A stretch of 64,000 bases of DNA from Tubulanus polymorphus (GCF_964204645.1 NC_134027.1:14416485-14480484), one strand, 5' to 3'; shown: positions 1 through 13,238, counted from the first letter of the stretch. Translations and numbers: made by a program. Notes: a model not told the origin generated them from the sequence alone.

Positions 1-419
1 TTTGCTAATTTAGCAAATGCAGACCATGAGCTGACGTTCGTCGACGTTTGAAAATTAAAAAAGGGGGTTCATTTTAACTACCGAATCCCCCCTAGCGACG
101 CCCATGATTACTGATACACACACAGGCCCAGTTTTATAGACTGTGGTATTAACTTTAACCCGGGGGCTAACTCAATTAAGAAAAAAATTAATGTTAGAAA
201 TGAAAAGCGTCCAAAAGAAAGAGTCCACAGTTCATCAAATCAATGCATGGTCTGATTTTCAATAACTGACCAATTCACCTAACATTGTCGGATAGAAATC
301 CAAATGTTGCATTTTGTAGTAAACCGTTAAACCGTTTTTTACTTATTTAGTTTTTCTAAATAAAGATCTTCATCACATCAGCATATACATAGTTGTTGCC
401 ATTTACTTTTGAGGATAAG

Positions 420-1230
420 CTTGTAGTCAATTACACAGAAACCCATCATGGAAAGTTTCTTTATGGTTAGAACAATATTAAGATGACAGGTTGGGCCAAT
501 TCAATTATATATCTACTGTTAAATCAATTCTATCAAATTTAGGGTACTCAAATGTTTGGCGCAATTTGGGTCATCATTTAAATAGTATTATTTCGGGTAT
601 TAGAAAGCTTCTGACAGCTATCTTTGTGGATCTCTGGCAAAAGGACACAAGATCAAGTGAGCATTCCAGTTAAAATTTCTATAAAGCAGTTAAAGCTAGT
701 TTTTAGTAAAGAAAAATATGTGTTAGTGTTAAAAGATTTAGCCTCAGAAATGCTGTTGCTAAATTACGGACGTCTACTCACAGCTTACTAATTGAAAAAG
801 GTAGACACGGTGGTATTGAAAAGGAAAAAACGTTTTTGCGATACCTGTAATGTGTTGGACGATGAATGTCACTTTTTTCCATTGAAAAAGGGACGCTAAT
901 CTGAGAAAGGAATTGAATATATCTATCTTGGACGTTAATAGTTTAATCTCCACTTTCGACAACCTTAATTCTACAACCAGTATTGTTCAGCTAGCCAAAT
1001 TTATTAAATACGGTTTGCCATTGTCCTAATATTTCTTCGATTAATGTTTTTTTTATATTTTCAATTATGTTTTTCTTCATATGTAATTAGAGTCAATTAT
1101 GCCTCATTTTATTGCTTGTTCATCTCCTATTATGTATATGCTTGATTTTACCGAAACTGTATCAGTTGCAAACAATGTTTTTTTTCAATGTTTATGCTGA
1201 ATAAAGATTGATTGATGATTGATTGATTGA
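420..1230 (+). mobile_element. 3' fragment of a CR1/L2-group LINE
   Basis: Decayed frame RNAVAKLRTSTHSLLIEKGRH..RFCDTCNVLDDECHFF (ORF2 C-terminal Zn finger), then AATAAA and a (TTGA)n tail at ~1200-1230. Confidence 0.7.
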
Positions 1231-1425
1231 TTTAGATCTGGGTTTGTGTCAGGAATTATATCCTACTTGAATTCTGTTTGCATGACCTATATACTGAAAG
1301 AAACCATCAGTACAGACTCAATAAATCAGTACACTCAATAGTCATCATACTGAACACACGTCTTCCTTTTTCCTCTCTTCGCCCTAAATGTTCCTGGTTC
1401 CATACATTTTCGTGCCGTGACTAGG

Positions 1426-1830
1426 ATGGCAACAAATACAGACAAAAGGATCGCAAATACAATCAAAAGGTTCGGGAAGTCATGAACAGCCTATCAAGGA
1501 CTATTCAACAAAGCTGTTTTCGGGGCTGAAGCAGTACTCGTAAAGCCCACAATTTCCGAAGACAACCTCGACGACTTAGAAAACCAGATCGGAATAATTT
1601 CAACCAAATTGCGACATATACAACAACTAGACAATGGAATAATCGAAAATGATCTGGAACGGACAATCATCGAAGCTGACTACAATGCGGATATCATTAG
1701 CAAAAACTCGAAGCTCAAAAAATTCCTCGAATGGAAACGAATTGAATATTCTCCAGGCGCTGGTACTTCAGTATCCAACGTAATTCAAACTTGCACTCAA
1801 CGAACATCCAAAACTCTGAATCTACCAAAT
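1426..1830 (+). pseudogene. Possible BEL/Pao LTR-retrotransposon gag N-terminal fragment
   Basis: Coiled-coil-like LDNGIIENDLERTIIEADY..TLNLP pattern resembles BEL/Pao gag; in-frame stop; truncated. Confidence 0.4.
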
Positions 1831-1990
1831 AGTCAGGTCTGTCGGGGTGGCATTCGAGGAACCGCATCAAACAAGGAACCGCTAGAGGGTGTCATTTTCA
1901 ACCTTCACGGCGGCGGCCGCTCTAGGTGCGCTGCGCTACGCTGTCACTTCCTGGTTCCGCTGCGGAATTTAAACATTTTACTAAAAGATC

Positions 1991-2105
1991 CACAGACCAC
2001 AGGGACTTGACAAAGGGATTTTGACCCCAGTATCCTAGATACTATATATAAAAAGACAGTACCTAGGATACTGAGATCAAAATCGTTTTGTGTCAAGTCC
2101 CTGTG
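1991..2105. mobile_element. Hairpin MITE with CACAG..CTGTG ends
   Basis: CACAGGGACTTGACA..TGTCAAGTCCCTGTG inverted arms; flanks AAAAGATC/TAAAGATC (7/8 match). Confidence 0.65.
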
Positions 2106-3305
2106 TAAAGATCTGCTCTGTCATGTTTTTCACGTCACTTGTCTTATTCATCCAAAATCATCGATATCATCTCCAAAACCAAAGGGACGTTGAACCAGTC
2201 CAACGTCTTTGAGAAATAGACACAGGCCCAATCCCAATGGTTTTGGTAACTTTTGGAGCCTACCAACTTGCCCCGGTATGGTATGTTAATTACTGGGAGT
2301 TTTTCAGACGGGATTGTCTAACTTGTTTTGAGGGATGCTCAGATCCAGGGTTTGAACCCCTTTTCTGACCAGCCCTTTTGAAAATCACACTACGAAAGAT
2401 TCCACCCTACAAATGATCGCAGCCTATGACAAGGTCTGCAGCTTAGTGGTGTCGCGCCTGCCCCGCTCAATGCGATTGGACACTTTTCACAACGATAAAA
2501 TGCCCTTGTCATATGAAGTGAACCCCCACCCCATTTTGCCCAGCCTGGATCTGCCCCTGGGATGCTTATATAGTCACATGTCACATTGCTTGGTTTTCAC
2601 AAGCATTTCTTACTAACTTGCTGGACGACAGATAGGAGATATTTATTTTTTGCTGGAAACTGCTCGTGAGAGTGTGTACATCTGTTATTGTGAAATATGC
2701 TGTCTGGGTGATCATGCACATTAATTTTTTTCTTAATTGAGTTAGCCCCCGGGTTAAAGTTAATACCACAGTCTATAAAACTGGGCCTGTGTGTGTATCA
2801 GTAATCATGGGCGTCGCTAGGGGGGATTCGGTAGTTAAAACGAACCCCCCTTTTTTAATTTTCAAACGTCGACGAACGTCAGCTCATGGTCTGCATTTGC
2901 TAAATTAGCAAAATAAAATCAATACAAGTAATTGGGAAAGTAGGCTTTCATACCAGAGGGCGAGAGGGCGAGACACCACTCATCACCACAAGTAATAATT
3001 CAATTGAGTATGAGACACCACTCATCACAGCTAGGCTCTAGAGAGAACGGACGATTGCTCTGTGGTACACATATACAGTGAGTGCGCGTAACAACAGCTG
3101 CGCGTGGATAGATCGATACAGTGAGTCTCTACTGAGAACGGTTATTAACGCGTGTGTTATTACTGTAGTACAGTGATTGCGTGTCAACTGTGCCCAGATA
3201 AATAGATGCTGTGAGGCTTGGGTGAGAACGGTTAATAGCGTGTTTGTTATATACAGGGAGAAGTAATCCCCACTCATCACCACAAGTAATTTGTTTTCCT
3301 TATAA

Positions 3306-3632
3306 ATGGGAGATAGAAAAGCATTCTTAGCAACAATAAATAACAGAATAAAACCGGCAAAAAAACAATTTGAAATAAAAAAGTTAGTTGATGTTACAAA
3401 AGAAATTGAACATAAAATATTGAAATTAGAAAAGATAAAAACTAAATATGGAGAGAAAGTATCAGCTAATTTAAGCTACTGTAATTTTAGTACATCGCGA
3501 GAATTTAAAGTATTTTTACCTGATAAATGGGTTTCATTGAGTACAGAGGAATTAAAAGATTTAGAAGGATTTAAAATAATCTATCATGGAAAAAATGAAG
3601 ATGGCCATCATGATTTAGAAATTGTTGATTAA
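3306..3632 (+). CDS. Small conserved element protein (possible OB-fold ssDNA-binding protein)
   Basis: Intact ORF after TAAATG in the TIR; homologous to 46034-46379 and 53424-53777 (YG.K, LPD, Y.GKNE.GHH). Confidence 0.7.
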   Translation: MGDRKAFLATINNRIKPAKKQFEIKKLVDVTKEIEHKILKLEKIKTKYGEKVSANLSYCNFSTSREFKVFLPDKWVSLSTEELKDLEGFKIIYHGKNEDGHHDLEIVD

Positions 3633-3765
3633 ATTTAAAAGAAATAAATTAATAAAAATAATGAATATCTAGAATCCGAAATGACTTATCTGGACAATTT
3701 AATTGCTCCGCATAGATAGACAAAAGTAGTGAGATATTCAATTAATATTCAATTAATTGAAAAAA

Positions 3766-4159
3766 TTATTTTTTTTGCTTTTTTTCTAAAATATAAATCC
3801 ATTTTTTATTATCAATTTTGGAATTTCGGAAGTATTTTCATTTTTGATAGCAGTTGTTTCAGAATTATAAATATCATGAATTTTATTTGATTTCTTATAC
3901 CAATTACACCAAATCAAAATGAATACAATTACAAATCCAACTGTAAAATATAGACATTTATCAAATATTCTATTATTAGAAGGAGTAGAAATAACAATAT
4001 TTTCACTATTTTTATTAACATTTTTATTACTTATATTTTCTTTTACAGCTTTTTATATTCTTGTGATTTAATTCCTAATTGCCGAGACCATTCAATTTGT
4101 TTCTGTGATCTCGGTTTTTTCTTCACAGTTAATTCCTTCAATTCTTCCACCTCGCTCAT
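3766..4159 (-). pseudogene. Basic N-terminus, single-TM protein, frameshifted
   Basis: Homolog of 45542-45925 and 62709-63077. Confidence 0.7.
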
Positions 4160-4182
4160 TTATTATAGAAATATTTTTACTT

Positions 4183-4696
4183 TCAATATTTGAAAATGTT
4201 ATAACCCCAGTTTATAATAATGGCATAAATCCACCTAATCGAAATGATAAATATCCAATCCATTTATTTAATTCTGTCATAACTAAATAATCATTTTTTA
4301 AATCGGAATATAATCTATTTTCATCTTGAATTGGCAGCATATAATTACATAATTTACTATAACCTTTTACTACATTTTCTGATATCGCGTCATTAATTCT
4401 AGCTGTTCTCGCGGTTCATAAATCTTAAATAATCTAATAATTTCATCTGATTTCATTGTATCTAATTCATTATAAGTTAAATTTTTACCGATAAAATTTT
4501 TACATTTTCCAGATGCTATTAATATTTCTAATTGATGTTTACAATAAAGATAATATTCATAATTATTATTTGTTGTAACATTATTTAAAGCACCATCATC
4601 TGGAATTAATTTGTTTTCTGTTATTCCTAAATCATCTAAAGTTTTTTCAATTGGAACATCACCATTTTTAGATTTTATTTTCTTTTCACCTACCAT
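4183..4696 (-). pseudogene. Conserved ~170-200-aa element protein, frameshifted
   Basis: Homolog of 45004-45518 and 63070-63672 (YEYYLYCKH.LE.LIA.GK). Confidence 0.75.
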
Positions 4697-4724
4697 TTAT
4701 ATAACAAAAAAATTATTTGTGATG

Positions 4725-5000
4725 TTGCAACTAGAATTCAACTAGAATGTAACTAGAATTCAACTAGATTAACAAGCTAGTTGAAATATTGTTGTTTTTG
4801 TTTATTTCTTGTTAAATCTAGTTGATTTTTGTCCCAACTACTAACAACTAGAATTCAACTAGAATGTAACTAGAATTAAACTAGATTAACAAGCTAGTTA
4901 AAATATTGTTAAATCTAGTTGATTTTTGTTCCAACTACCAATAACTAGAATTCAACTAGAATGTAACTAGAATTCAACTAGATTAACAAGCTAGTTGAAT
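4725..5000. repeat. CTAG-rich hairpin/iteron array (three ~115-120-bp units)
   Basis: Repeated AACTAGAATTC-type 10-11-mers with TTCAACTAG..CTAGTTGAA stems; also present at 44697-44975. Confidence 0.85.
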
Positions 5001-5609
5001 TTAAATAAATTCATATTTAAATGGGTGTTGTAATCTAAATAGTAATTTTGATCTTTTAATATTTTTCAACTTATCCATATATTCATTATGTAAATCATGT
5101 GGAATAATATCATTTTCCTCAAGCGCATTTTTCATCGATTTTCTATCTTTATTGTAGAATAAAACTAGAAATCTAATGTTTTCTCTAAAGTCTTTAACAA
5201 TTGAATTATATTTTTGATTTAAAACCCAAGTTGTTATCCCAAAATGTCTGCCAGAAAAAGCTAAATAGCATAACTCACTTTCTGTAACTTTTGAATCATG
5301 TAAATTTGCGCAATCATCTATGATAAATAATGTATTTGATCCTTTATGAATATCAATTGCTATTTTTATACAATTATCTAAATTTTCTTTCACTGTTTTA
5401 GGATCTAATATAATAAATTTATTATTTCTAGTAATATTTCTATCATAAGTTTGATTAAATTCATATGTTGGACAAAATAATACTATATTATCAAAATAGT
5501 TTTTATAAATAGTTTCTAATAAATCTAATATAAAATAAGTTTTTCCACAATTTATTACACCAGAAATTAACATATTATGAGGCTCAAATATAAATAATTA
5601 CTTATTCAT
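5001..5609 (-). pseudogene. A32/FtsK-like genome-packaging ATPase
   Basis: Walker A ISGVINCGKT, Walker B FIIDD, SGRH motif; early stop after MNK compared with copy 2. Confidence 0.88.
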
Positions 5610-6738
5610 TTATATATTTTTAATTTTACTTGATAATATCCATTCATTGAATTTATCTGGCCATCCAACCCATTTTACTAAAGAATATTTTTTTCTTTTA
5701 ATAGTTTTTGTTTTTAATACTTTTTCAATTTTATATTCTTGTTCTAGATTTTCAGTAGTTAAACTTAATTCTTCTTCGTAAAAGTAGCCATCAACTTCTT
5801 CACCATCTAAATCTTCTAATTTATAGACATATGGTTTTGTTGTTATTACCTTTTTTATTTTATATATTTCCCTAGTAAAATTTCGATCGTATCCTTTATC
5901 AAATATCTTTTTATACTTAGAAATTCTAACATTTTGACCAACTTTAAATTTAGGTTCACCAAAATCATCTACAAGAAATGCTCCATATAAATTATTCCAA
6001 ACAATTTCAGCATTTTCAGGTTTTCTAGCATCAATAGGTTTCATTCCAATAGAAGAATGATAAGAATTATTATATCCTTCTATCAATTTTGGTAAAACAT
6101 CAATCCATTTAAAAGTATTATTTGCTGTAAAATATTTCCACATTCTTGTTCTTAATGTTCTATTAAATCGTTCAACAACTGCTGCTTTTTTATCCGATTT
6201 TGTTGAAAAAGTATTCAATATTATGATTATCTAAGAGTTCATGAACAAGTGAATTATCAAACTCTTTTCCATCATCAAATTGTATTTTTTCTGGTTTTAG
6301 TTTATCATCCGAAAGAAATTTTCTTAAAACATTTGATGTTTGTGCAGTATCTTTTATATAAAGTGGGAAACTCCATACGTAACGACTAAAAATATCAATT
6401 ATATTCAATATCCACCAATAATCATCATTATCTTTCTTAACATTTTTCATATCAATTAAATCTCCTTGCCACTGTTGAACTACATAACTTACCATAGTTT
6501 TACGTGTTTTATATTTTCTAACAATTTTTTTATGTGTTGTGTATGTTGGTTGTTCTAACATAAATTCATTTATATCTTTATATTTAACTAAATTTTGTGG
6601 GATTATCTTATCTAATTTATCTTGTTTTACTTGACGCCATATATTTTTAGTAGAAGAATAAGCAACCGAACTCTCAGGGTTGTAATATAAATTTCTTAAA
6701 TATTGTTCTTTAGTATTAGGAGTTTTTTTACCACCCAT
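5610..6738 (-). pseudogene. rve DDE integrase with C-terminal chromo-like domain, frameshifted
   Basis: WQGDLID, IDIFSRY, QFDDGKEF, VVERFNRTL, KYSLVKWVGWPDKFNEW. Confidence 0.92.
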
Positions 6739-6768
6739 TTATATATCGTTAATTTTAACTTTATATTT

Positions 6769-8017
6769 CTAATATTGAATACTATCTAATTGTGAATTTA
6801 CAATATTTAATTGTGCGTCAGATATAATATAAATGTGGATTTTAAAATTTTTGTCTCCTCTTTTCTTTGCCATGAATAATTGTATTCCATCTTTTGTGTT
6901 CTGTAGTTTTATCCCAGAACCATGTAATGAATTATCCTCTGTTGTTCTAAAATCTAACTATAATGCATATTTATTGCCGGTATAATAATCAATTTGATTA
7001 ATATTACAATTTTCAAATGATTTTACTTTTTCATTCATGAAATGTTTTCTAATTTCTGGCCACTGATCTATCATTCTCATTCCTTGACAAAATATTTTAT
7101 TTGCTATTCCTTCGATAGTTATTTCTACTTTTGTTATTTCAGGATTATAATAATTATCTACCTTTATTGCACCATTAGAATATGTTGCAATGGTAAAAAA
7201 TATTAATATACCTTTAAATAGATCTTCTTGGGAAGTTAATATTCTCATTAATTATTTCATCATTTGCATTAATAGTTACAGTTTTAAATTTATCAATATA
7301 ATCATATAATAATGAAAATGCTTGATTGTATTGAGTTTGAATTGTGCTAGCAATATTTTCATTAGTTACTGTGTCATATTCTAAACATATATTTGATAAT
7401 TTATAACCCATATCTTTAACAACGCTAGATAATACAATTTCATTTACAGGAGCAAATGTTATTTCGAATATAACGTCTTCTTGAATTGCGTATTTATATA
7501 AAGGTGCATTATTATTTATTAATTCAAAGTCTAATGGAATTTTATATTTGCTTCCATAAATCTTTTTTATCAAATTATCTACAGCATTAGTTACTACTGC
7601 ATTATTGGCTTCAGATCTTAATTTATTATGGTTTTCCGATTGAATACCCTGAAATATCATATTATTTCTATTTTCTTTAGTTAACCATAAATCTTTATAA
7701 TGCATAAATAAATTATAATCATCTAATGAGAAAACTGTTTCTGGACCAATCTTTATAGTTAATTTTTTAATCAAATATCTCCCAACATTATCAACAACAT
7801 AATTATTATCATGACCAATTACTTTTATATCAGCTGATAAATAAATACTATTTGGAACATAAAAAGTATTTTGTGTTAATCTAGGAATTCTAACATATAA
7901 AGTTTCATCGGGATTAATATTTGAAGGATTATGTTTAATTATATGATGTGATCTTTCTGCTTTAATAGCATTAGATATTCTAGAAATCTTAGAAGGACTT
8001 ATATAACTCCCACTCAT
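6769..8017 (-). pseudogene. Major capsid protein (double jelly-roll, hexon-like), frameshifted
   Basis: ~415 codons, beta-rich (NPSNINPDETLYVRIPRL, YKDLWLT, IPLDFEL, NICLEYD); conserved in all three copies. Confidence 0.8.
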
Positions 8018-9498
8018 TTATTTAACAAAAAAATTAATTATTAATTTTTTATTATTTTTTTCTTGATATCTTTTTGATATCATATTCACTAACCCAAAAA
8101 TAATAGCACTTACAACTGTAATTAAAAATAAAATAATATGTTCAGCAGCAAAGTTAAGAATATTCCCAGCAGATTTCAATATCAAACCAACAATTGATGC
8201 AATAACTCCTGGCAATGCTGCAGCAGATTTTTTAGATAGTTCCCATAAATATTTTGCTAATTTCTTTAAACCATCTTTAACTTTATCTTGTATAGAATTA
8301 TTATCATTCGGGGGTTTATCCGGTTTATTTGGAGTAGGAGTAGATTTTAAAGCATTTGATATTGCTAAACCAATTGTTGTAAATAACATAGTTACAGCTG
8401 TTAGAATTGAAAGAATTGTGATACCTTCTAATTTAAATAATAATTTTATTCTATCTTTAAATGATATTTCAGAATTTGGTTTTATCAACAAATCTTTAAA
8501 AATAACTTTTAATCTATTAATATTATAATCATATGATTTTAATAATAATTTAATTTCTTCTTTCTGTACTTCTAAATTATCTTTAAAATTATTAATTTCT
8601 TTTTCTAAACGTAATTCTTTTGCCTATATTCTATTTCATCAATTACTTGATGATCTAAATCAGACTTAAATTGTTCTATTTCTTTATTATTATCAGTTAA
8701 TTCTTTTTCTAAAGTTCTAATTTTAAAATCTCTTATACTTTTATCATGCGCAATTTTATCAAATGCAAGTCTTATACTTTTAATTTTTCTAATTGCTTCA
8801 ACAGAAAATATATTATTTAAATCTTCTAATTGTTGATCTGTTGCATCAATTAATCCATTCGGTAAAAGTTTTTCAATTGGAACTTTATTTGATTTAAATT
8901 TACTAGTTTTGGAAGTTATATTCTGTTCAGAAGTTGTTTCTGTTTCTGATTTCTTTTTGATTATTTCAAATAATTCATTAATTCTTTGTTTAAATACGTC
9001 TATATTATCATCTATTTCTTTTTGTGTAACATCAGTTATTTCATTACTATTAATTATTATTTTAATTCTATCTGGTTTTAATTTTTTTAAAGTTGATTTT
9101 GCTATTATTTTTTTTTCTTTTTTATAAGTGATATCAATATAATAATCATCTTTCAAATGATAATAACATTTACCATTATCTAAAAATTTTAATTGATGTG
9201 CTAAAAGTCCAACGTCTTCATCATTTATATTAAGTTTAGAATTTTCAATTATACGTTCTAATTAAGGTATTTTGTTTAAATTATTAAAATTTAGTTTTAC
9301 TAAATCTGGGTCTAAATTTTCAGGATTTAATTGTGATTCTGCATTTTTAATATAATCAGGCATATTTAAATTATTATTATATTCTGGCTCATTACCGTCA
9401 TTAAAACTTGTTTCACTAAAATCAGGTTGTTGTTCATCAGTTATACCAGGTTCATCTAAAGGATCCATTCCAATATCTTCTCCACCTTCTACATCCAT
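8018..9498 (-). pseudogene. Large protein with acidic N-terminus, variable coiled-coil centre and multi-TM C-terminus (broken into 3 ORFs)
   Basis: Ends match 57419-59047 (MDPLDEPGITDEQQPDFSETS; LFKLEGITILSILTAV..AALPG). Confidence 0.7.
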
Positions 9499-9514
9499 TT
9501 ATATAATAAAAAAA

Positions 9515-10903
9515 TTAAAATTTAAAACATAATATTCCTCCTATAACAATTCCTATACAAGTTAAAGCTAATTTAGTATTTTCATGGAATTTATTATCAT
9601 TATCAGTTTTAATTATATCATGTTGAATATTATCAGTTTTTATATTTTCTGATGTATTGTAATCTTTTATTTTAGAATCATTATGCAATTTAATATTTTT
9701 AGTTTTAGTTTCTGTTGATTGAATATGTTTTTTATTTTTTTCACCTTCCATTAATTTTGGAGCAGTAATAATCTTTTTATTTATATCATTTAATCCAAAT
9801 GAATTATTTATTGTTGCAGTTTTGATTAGATTATTGTAACCAATTATGTTTCCCATCTTTAATACTAAATCATTAGAAATAATAAATAGATTAGGGCCTA
9901 TACAATAATTTAATCTAATATGTGATTTATCTAAATAATTTTGATATCTTACAATGTTTTCTGGAATCGATCTATTTTTATCATTATGAATAGAATCTTC
10001 AAATAATACTTTGAATTGTTTCTGTGTATCAAATCATGTATTTAAATTTCCAATTATTGGGGATCTTGTTTCAACTTGCGCACCTAAAATACATATCAAA
10101 TAAGTTCTAATAGATTGATTTATTCTTTGTATACCTGATTTTGTAAAACCTTCATTATTTTCTAAAATGAAATAAACCCAACCATTATTGTTTTCTTGTT
10201 TTAAATTCTCATAAAATGTCGGTAATGTATTGAAATTTAATGTTTCTAAATCCTTAAATTCTATTTTACCATAACCTAATTTATTACTATAGATATTATA
10301 AAAACTATTAGATTGTATGGGAAGTGCACAATATTCTGCAATCTTTTTAGGGCAAGGAAGTGATCTTATTGTTCCAATTTTTGTTCTAAAATCAGAATTA
10401 TTTATATCTATATTAAATTCATTACAAATTTTATAAAACTTTGATAAATTAATATTATTATCTAATCCTTTAAAATACCTAGATCCTGGTAAAGCGCACT
10501 CTAATTCATTTAATATTATTCTGATTTAAAATTATGTATGAAATCTAAATAAACTTTGAATTAATTTATATTTAGAATTATTCAAATGATCATTCCAACT
10601 AATTCCACAACCTGTTGTTGCACAATAAACAGCAAAATTTAATTGGTTCTGCCAATACTTCATATTAGATTTTAATGACCATTGTTTTTCATCTTTCAAT
10701 TTTTTAAAATTAATTTAATATACATGAAATATATTTTCCATCTTTGCATTAAAATTATTAGTTTCAGTAACATAAATTTCTAAATTGGTTAATGAATCTA
10801 AAACTTCATTTCCATATGTAATATCTTTATTAAAATCTATTGCTGGAATATTATATTTAATTGATTTATTATATTGGAAAGCTTTTGGAAAACTATCTAC
10901 CAT
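9515..10903 (-). pseudogene. ~440-aa element protein with C-terminal TM, disrupted
   Basis: Homolog of intact 56081-57403. Confidence 0.8.
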
Positions 10904-11354
10904 TTATTTAATTAAACAATTAATAATTTATTAATTCTTTTAATTATTTATCTTGTTCTTCAACTGTTATATGACCATTTAAACTTATTATATAATCTAG
11001 TGTATTCTTCAATTTATTAATTTCTTTTATATTAGTTTTAATTTTTTCTTTATTACTTTTTATATTTTATTTTGAACTTATACCAGTTAAATCACTTGAA
11101 CTTAATCCTAATACACCAATTGATATAGCTAAAGGTATTAATGGACTGAATATTGCTAGAAATGTTATTACAGAACTAATTGTAACCGAACCACTGATAA
11201 TAAGATAAAATATAATTTTACTTTTTAAATATTTTTTCTTTTTTATCTTTAAGTCACTTTCAAATTCTAATATTTGTTTTTCTAAATATGTTTTTAATTT
11301 AGTTTTATGTATATCATGAGGAATAATATCAATATTATCAACTTTATCTTCCAT
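10904..11354 (-). pseudogene. Two-TM small protein
   Basis: Homolog of 55631-56080. Confidence 0.7.
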
Positions 11355-11375
11355 TTATTTAGAAAAAAAAAATTA

Positions 11376-11798
11376 CTAATTTGTAAACTTATAAGCAACA
11401 AACATAACAATAACTGTTCCACCTAAAATCCAAATTATTTCATATTTCTGTTGTTCATTACTTGGGGTATAATAATCTGATAATTTAGGTTTGTATAGAT
11501 GTAATTTTTCTTTATTTGTTACTGCGTTATATAAACTTATTGCATCATCAACCGATTCAAAATCTCTATGTGAAATCTTCTGATCATATAATTCTTTATT
11601 GATGTAATCCATATAGTTTTGTCGTTTTTCTCTATATTCTTCCGCTGCTTTATTGTATTTCTCTAATGCTAAGTTATGTCTTCTTTGTTCTCCTAATGAA
11701 CTATTTTTATCAATATGCTTAAATAAATAACCGCCACCAGTAAATGCTAAAGCGTTAACAATTGCCGATCCTATAATAGTTATAATTGCAGAAGCCAT
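11376..11798 (-). CDS. 140-aa protein with N- and C-terminal hydrophobic segments
   Basis: Intact; near-identical to 55188-55610. Confidence 0.8.
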   Translation of the reverse strand: MASAIITIIGSAIVNALAFTGGGYLFKHIDKNSSLGEQRRHNLALEKYNKAAEEYREKRQNYMDYINKELYDQKISHRDFESVDDAISLYNAVTNKEKLHLYKPKLSDYYTPSNEQQKYEIIWILGGTVIVMFVAYKFTN

Positions 11799-11822
11799 TT
11801 ATTTAGCAAAAAAATTATGCAT

Positions 11823-12044
11823 TCATATGGGAGGAATATATTTTTGTTTTTCTAAATAATCAATAGTTAAATTAGATAAAGTAAATTCTAATGTTAATTT
11901 TAAGATATCATTTATATCAAATCTATCAACATTAACACTTCCCATTTTAAATACTTTTTTTAATACCATTGAATAACCAACAGTTCCAACTGATAGTAAT
12001 GCGCCATTATATAATCCAGTTATTATCCACTTATTATCACTCAT
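11823..12044 (-). CDS. 73-aa hydrophobic protein
   Basis: Intact; near-identical to 54942-55163. Confidence 0.8.
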   Translation of the reverse strand: MSDNKWIITGLYNGALLSVGTVGYSMVLKKVFKMGSVNVDRFDINDILKLTLEFTLSNLTIDYLEKQKYIPPI

Positions 12045-12399
12045 TTATTTATCAAAAAAATTACTATCATCAAAATATTTAGTTATCTTAGTGATGATTA
12101 ATTCAACATTTATTTCATTACTAGTTTCATTTGTATATATTTCAATTATTATTTTTTTAATATCATCGATGATAAAATCTTCATCTTATTCATAAAATCT
12201 TAAAGATTCTCTAATTAAATTAGTAATTTTCTACATTAAAAGTTTCTTTATGTATTGTTTTTTCATACTCAAATGTTGTTTCATTAGAAAATGCAATATT
12301 TTTGATATGTGTAATTACATCATTAATGTTAAATTTCATTTCTTTCTCACGTTTGAAATCAAATCCAAAACATATACTCGGTCCAACAGTTATATTCAT
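12045..12399 (-). pseudogene. 118-aa element protein, disrupted
   Basis: DNA homolog of 54585-54941. Confidence 0.7.
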
Positions 12400-12415
12400 T
12401 TATATAATGAAAAAA

Positions 12416-13170
12416 TTACTCTTTACATCTTATAACTAATTCATAAATTACAGGAAAGTTATTCAAATCAATTAAGTATCCATTGTGATTTCTAATTTCT
12501 AATCTAAAATTATTAAAATGTGGAATACAAGGTTTGAAATCACATTCAGTTAAATTATAATTTATTTGAGTTCCAAATTGTTTAACATTTTTAATGGTAA
12601 AATATTTAGTATACTAGAATTGCAAGTTTTATCTTAAGTTGCTTCGAATGTTTTTGTAGGATCAATTAAATTACAATAAATATAGAAGTGCGTAAAAGGT
12701 ATTATATTTGGCGTAGTATCAACATTTGAATAAACTTTATTTGGATTAACTCCTAGCATTTTAGCTAATGGTTTTCTTACTATGAATTTATATTGTTCAT
12801 TAGTTAACTTTATTCTTATTTTATTAGTACTATCAATTTTATTAAATTTAATGTTAAACCCATTAGATTCACCCACTTTTAACCGAGCTCTTCTATTAAT
12901 TTCTTGAGATAATGTTTCTAAATTATATAATCCTGGTCTTAGAAATAGATGATACCATTTACCCATATTTTTATCATGAATCATAAACAATCTATGATCA
13001 AAACTTTTATCCGATATATTGTAAAAAGAATTACATAAACTTATATTAACTAATTTTAAATCAACACAATTCTTAAATTCTCTATCTAATTGTATTAGTA
13101 AATTATGAGATTTATAATTTGTAAGTTTTCTAGAATCAACAAATATTCTGTATTCTTTTAATTCTACCAT
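12416..13170 (-). pseudogene. Minor capsid protein (penton-like single jelly-roll)
   Basis: NSFYNI..PGLY..FYIYCNLI..IDLNNFP motifs; homolog at 53813-54568. Confidence 0.7.
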
Positions 13171-13238
13171 TATTTATAACATAAAAAAATTACCGCTCAT
13201 CACTAAAAATTAATTTTAATAAAATTTTTCCTTAATAA

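Larger units (their letters stand above)
1..2912. repeat. Long inverted repeat pair (1-193 and ~2719-2912); probable foldback DNA transposon with nested insertions
   Basis: 1-193 is the near-perfect reverse complement of 2719-2912; the left arm may extend beyond the window. Confidence 0.8.

Noticed and set aside
3038-3283. 81-aa ORF (and 46405-46713) in the terminal module
   Set aside because: No TAAATG start, atypical composition, and different ends in the two copies; treated as non-coding.
4725-5000. CRISPR-like repeat-spacer array
   Set aside because: The intervening segments are themselves related; it is a tandem array.
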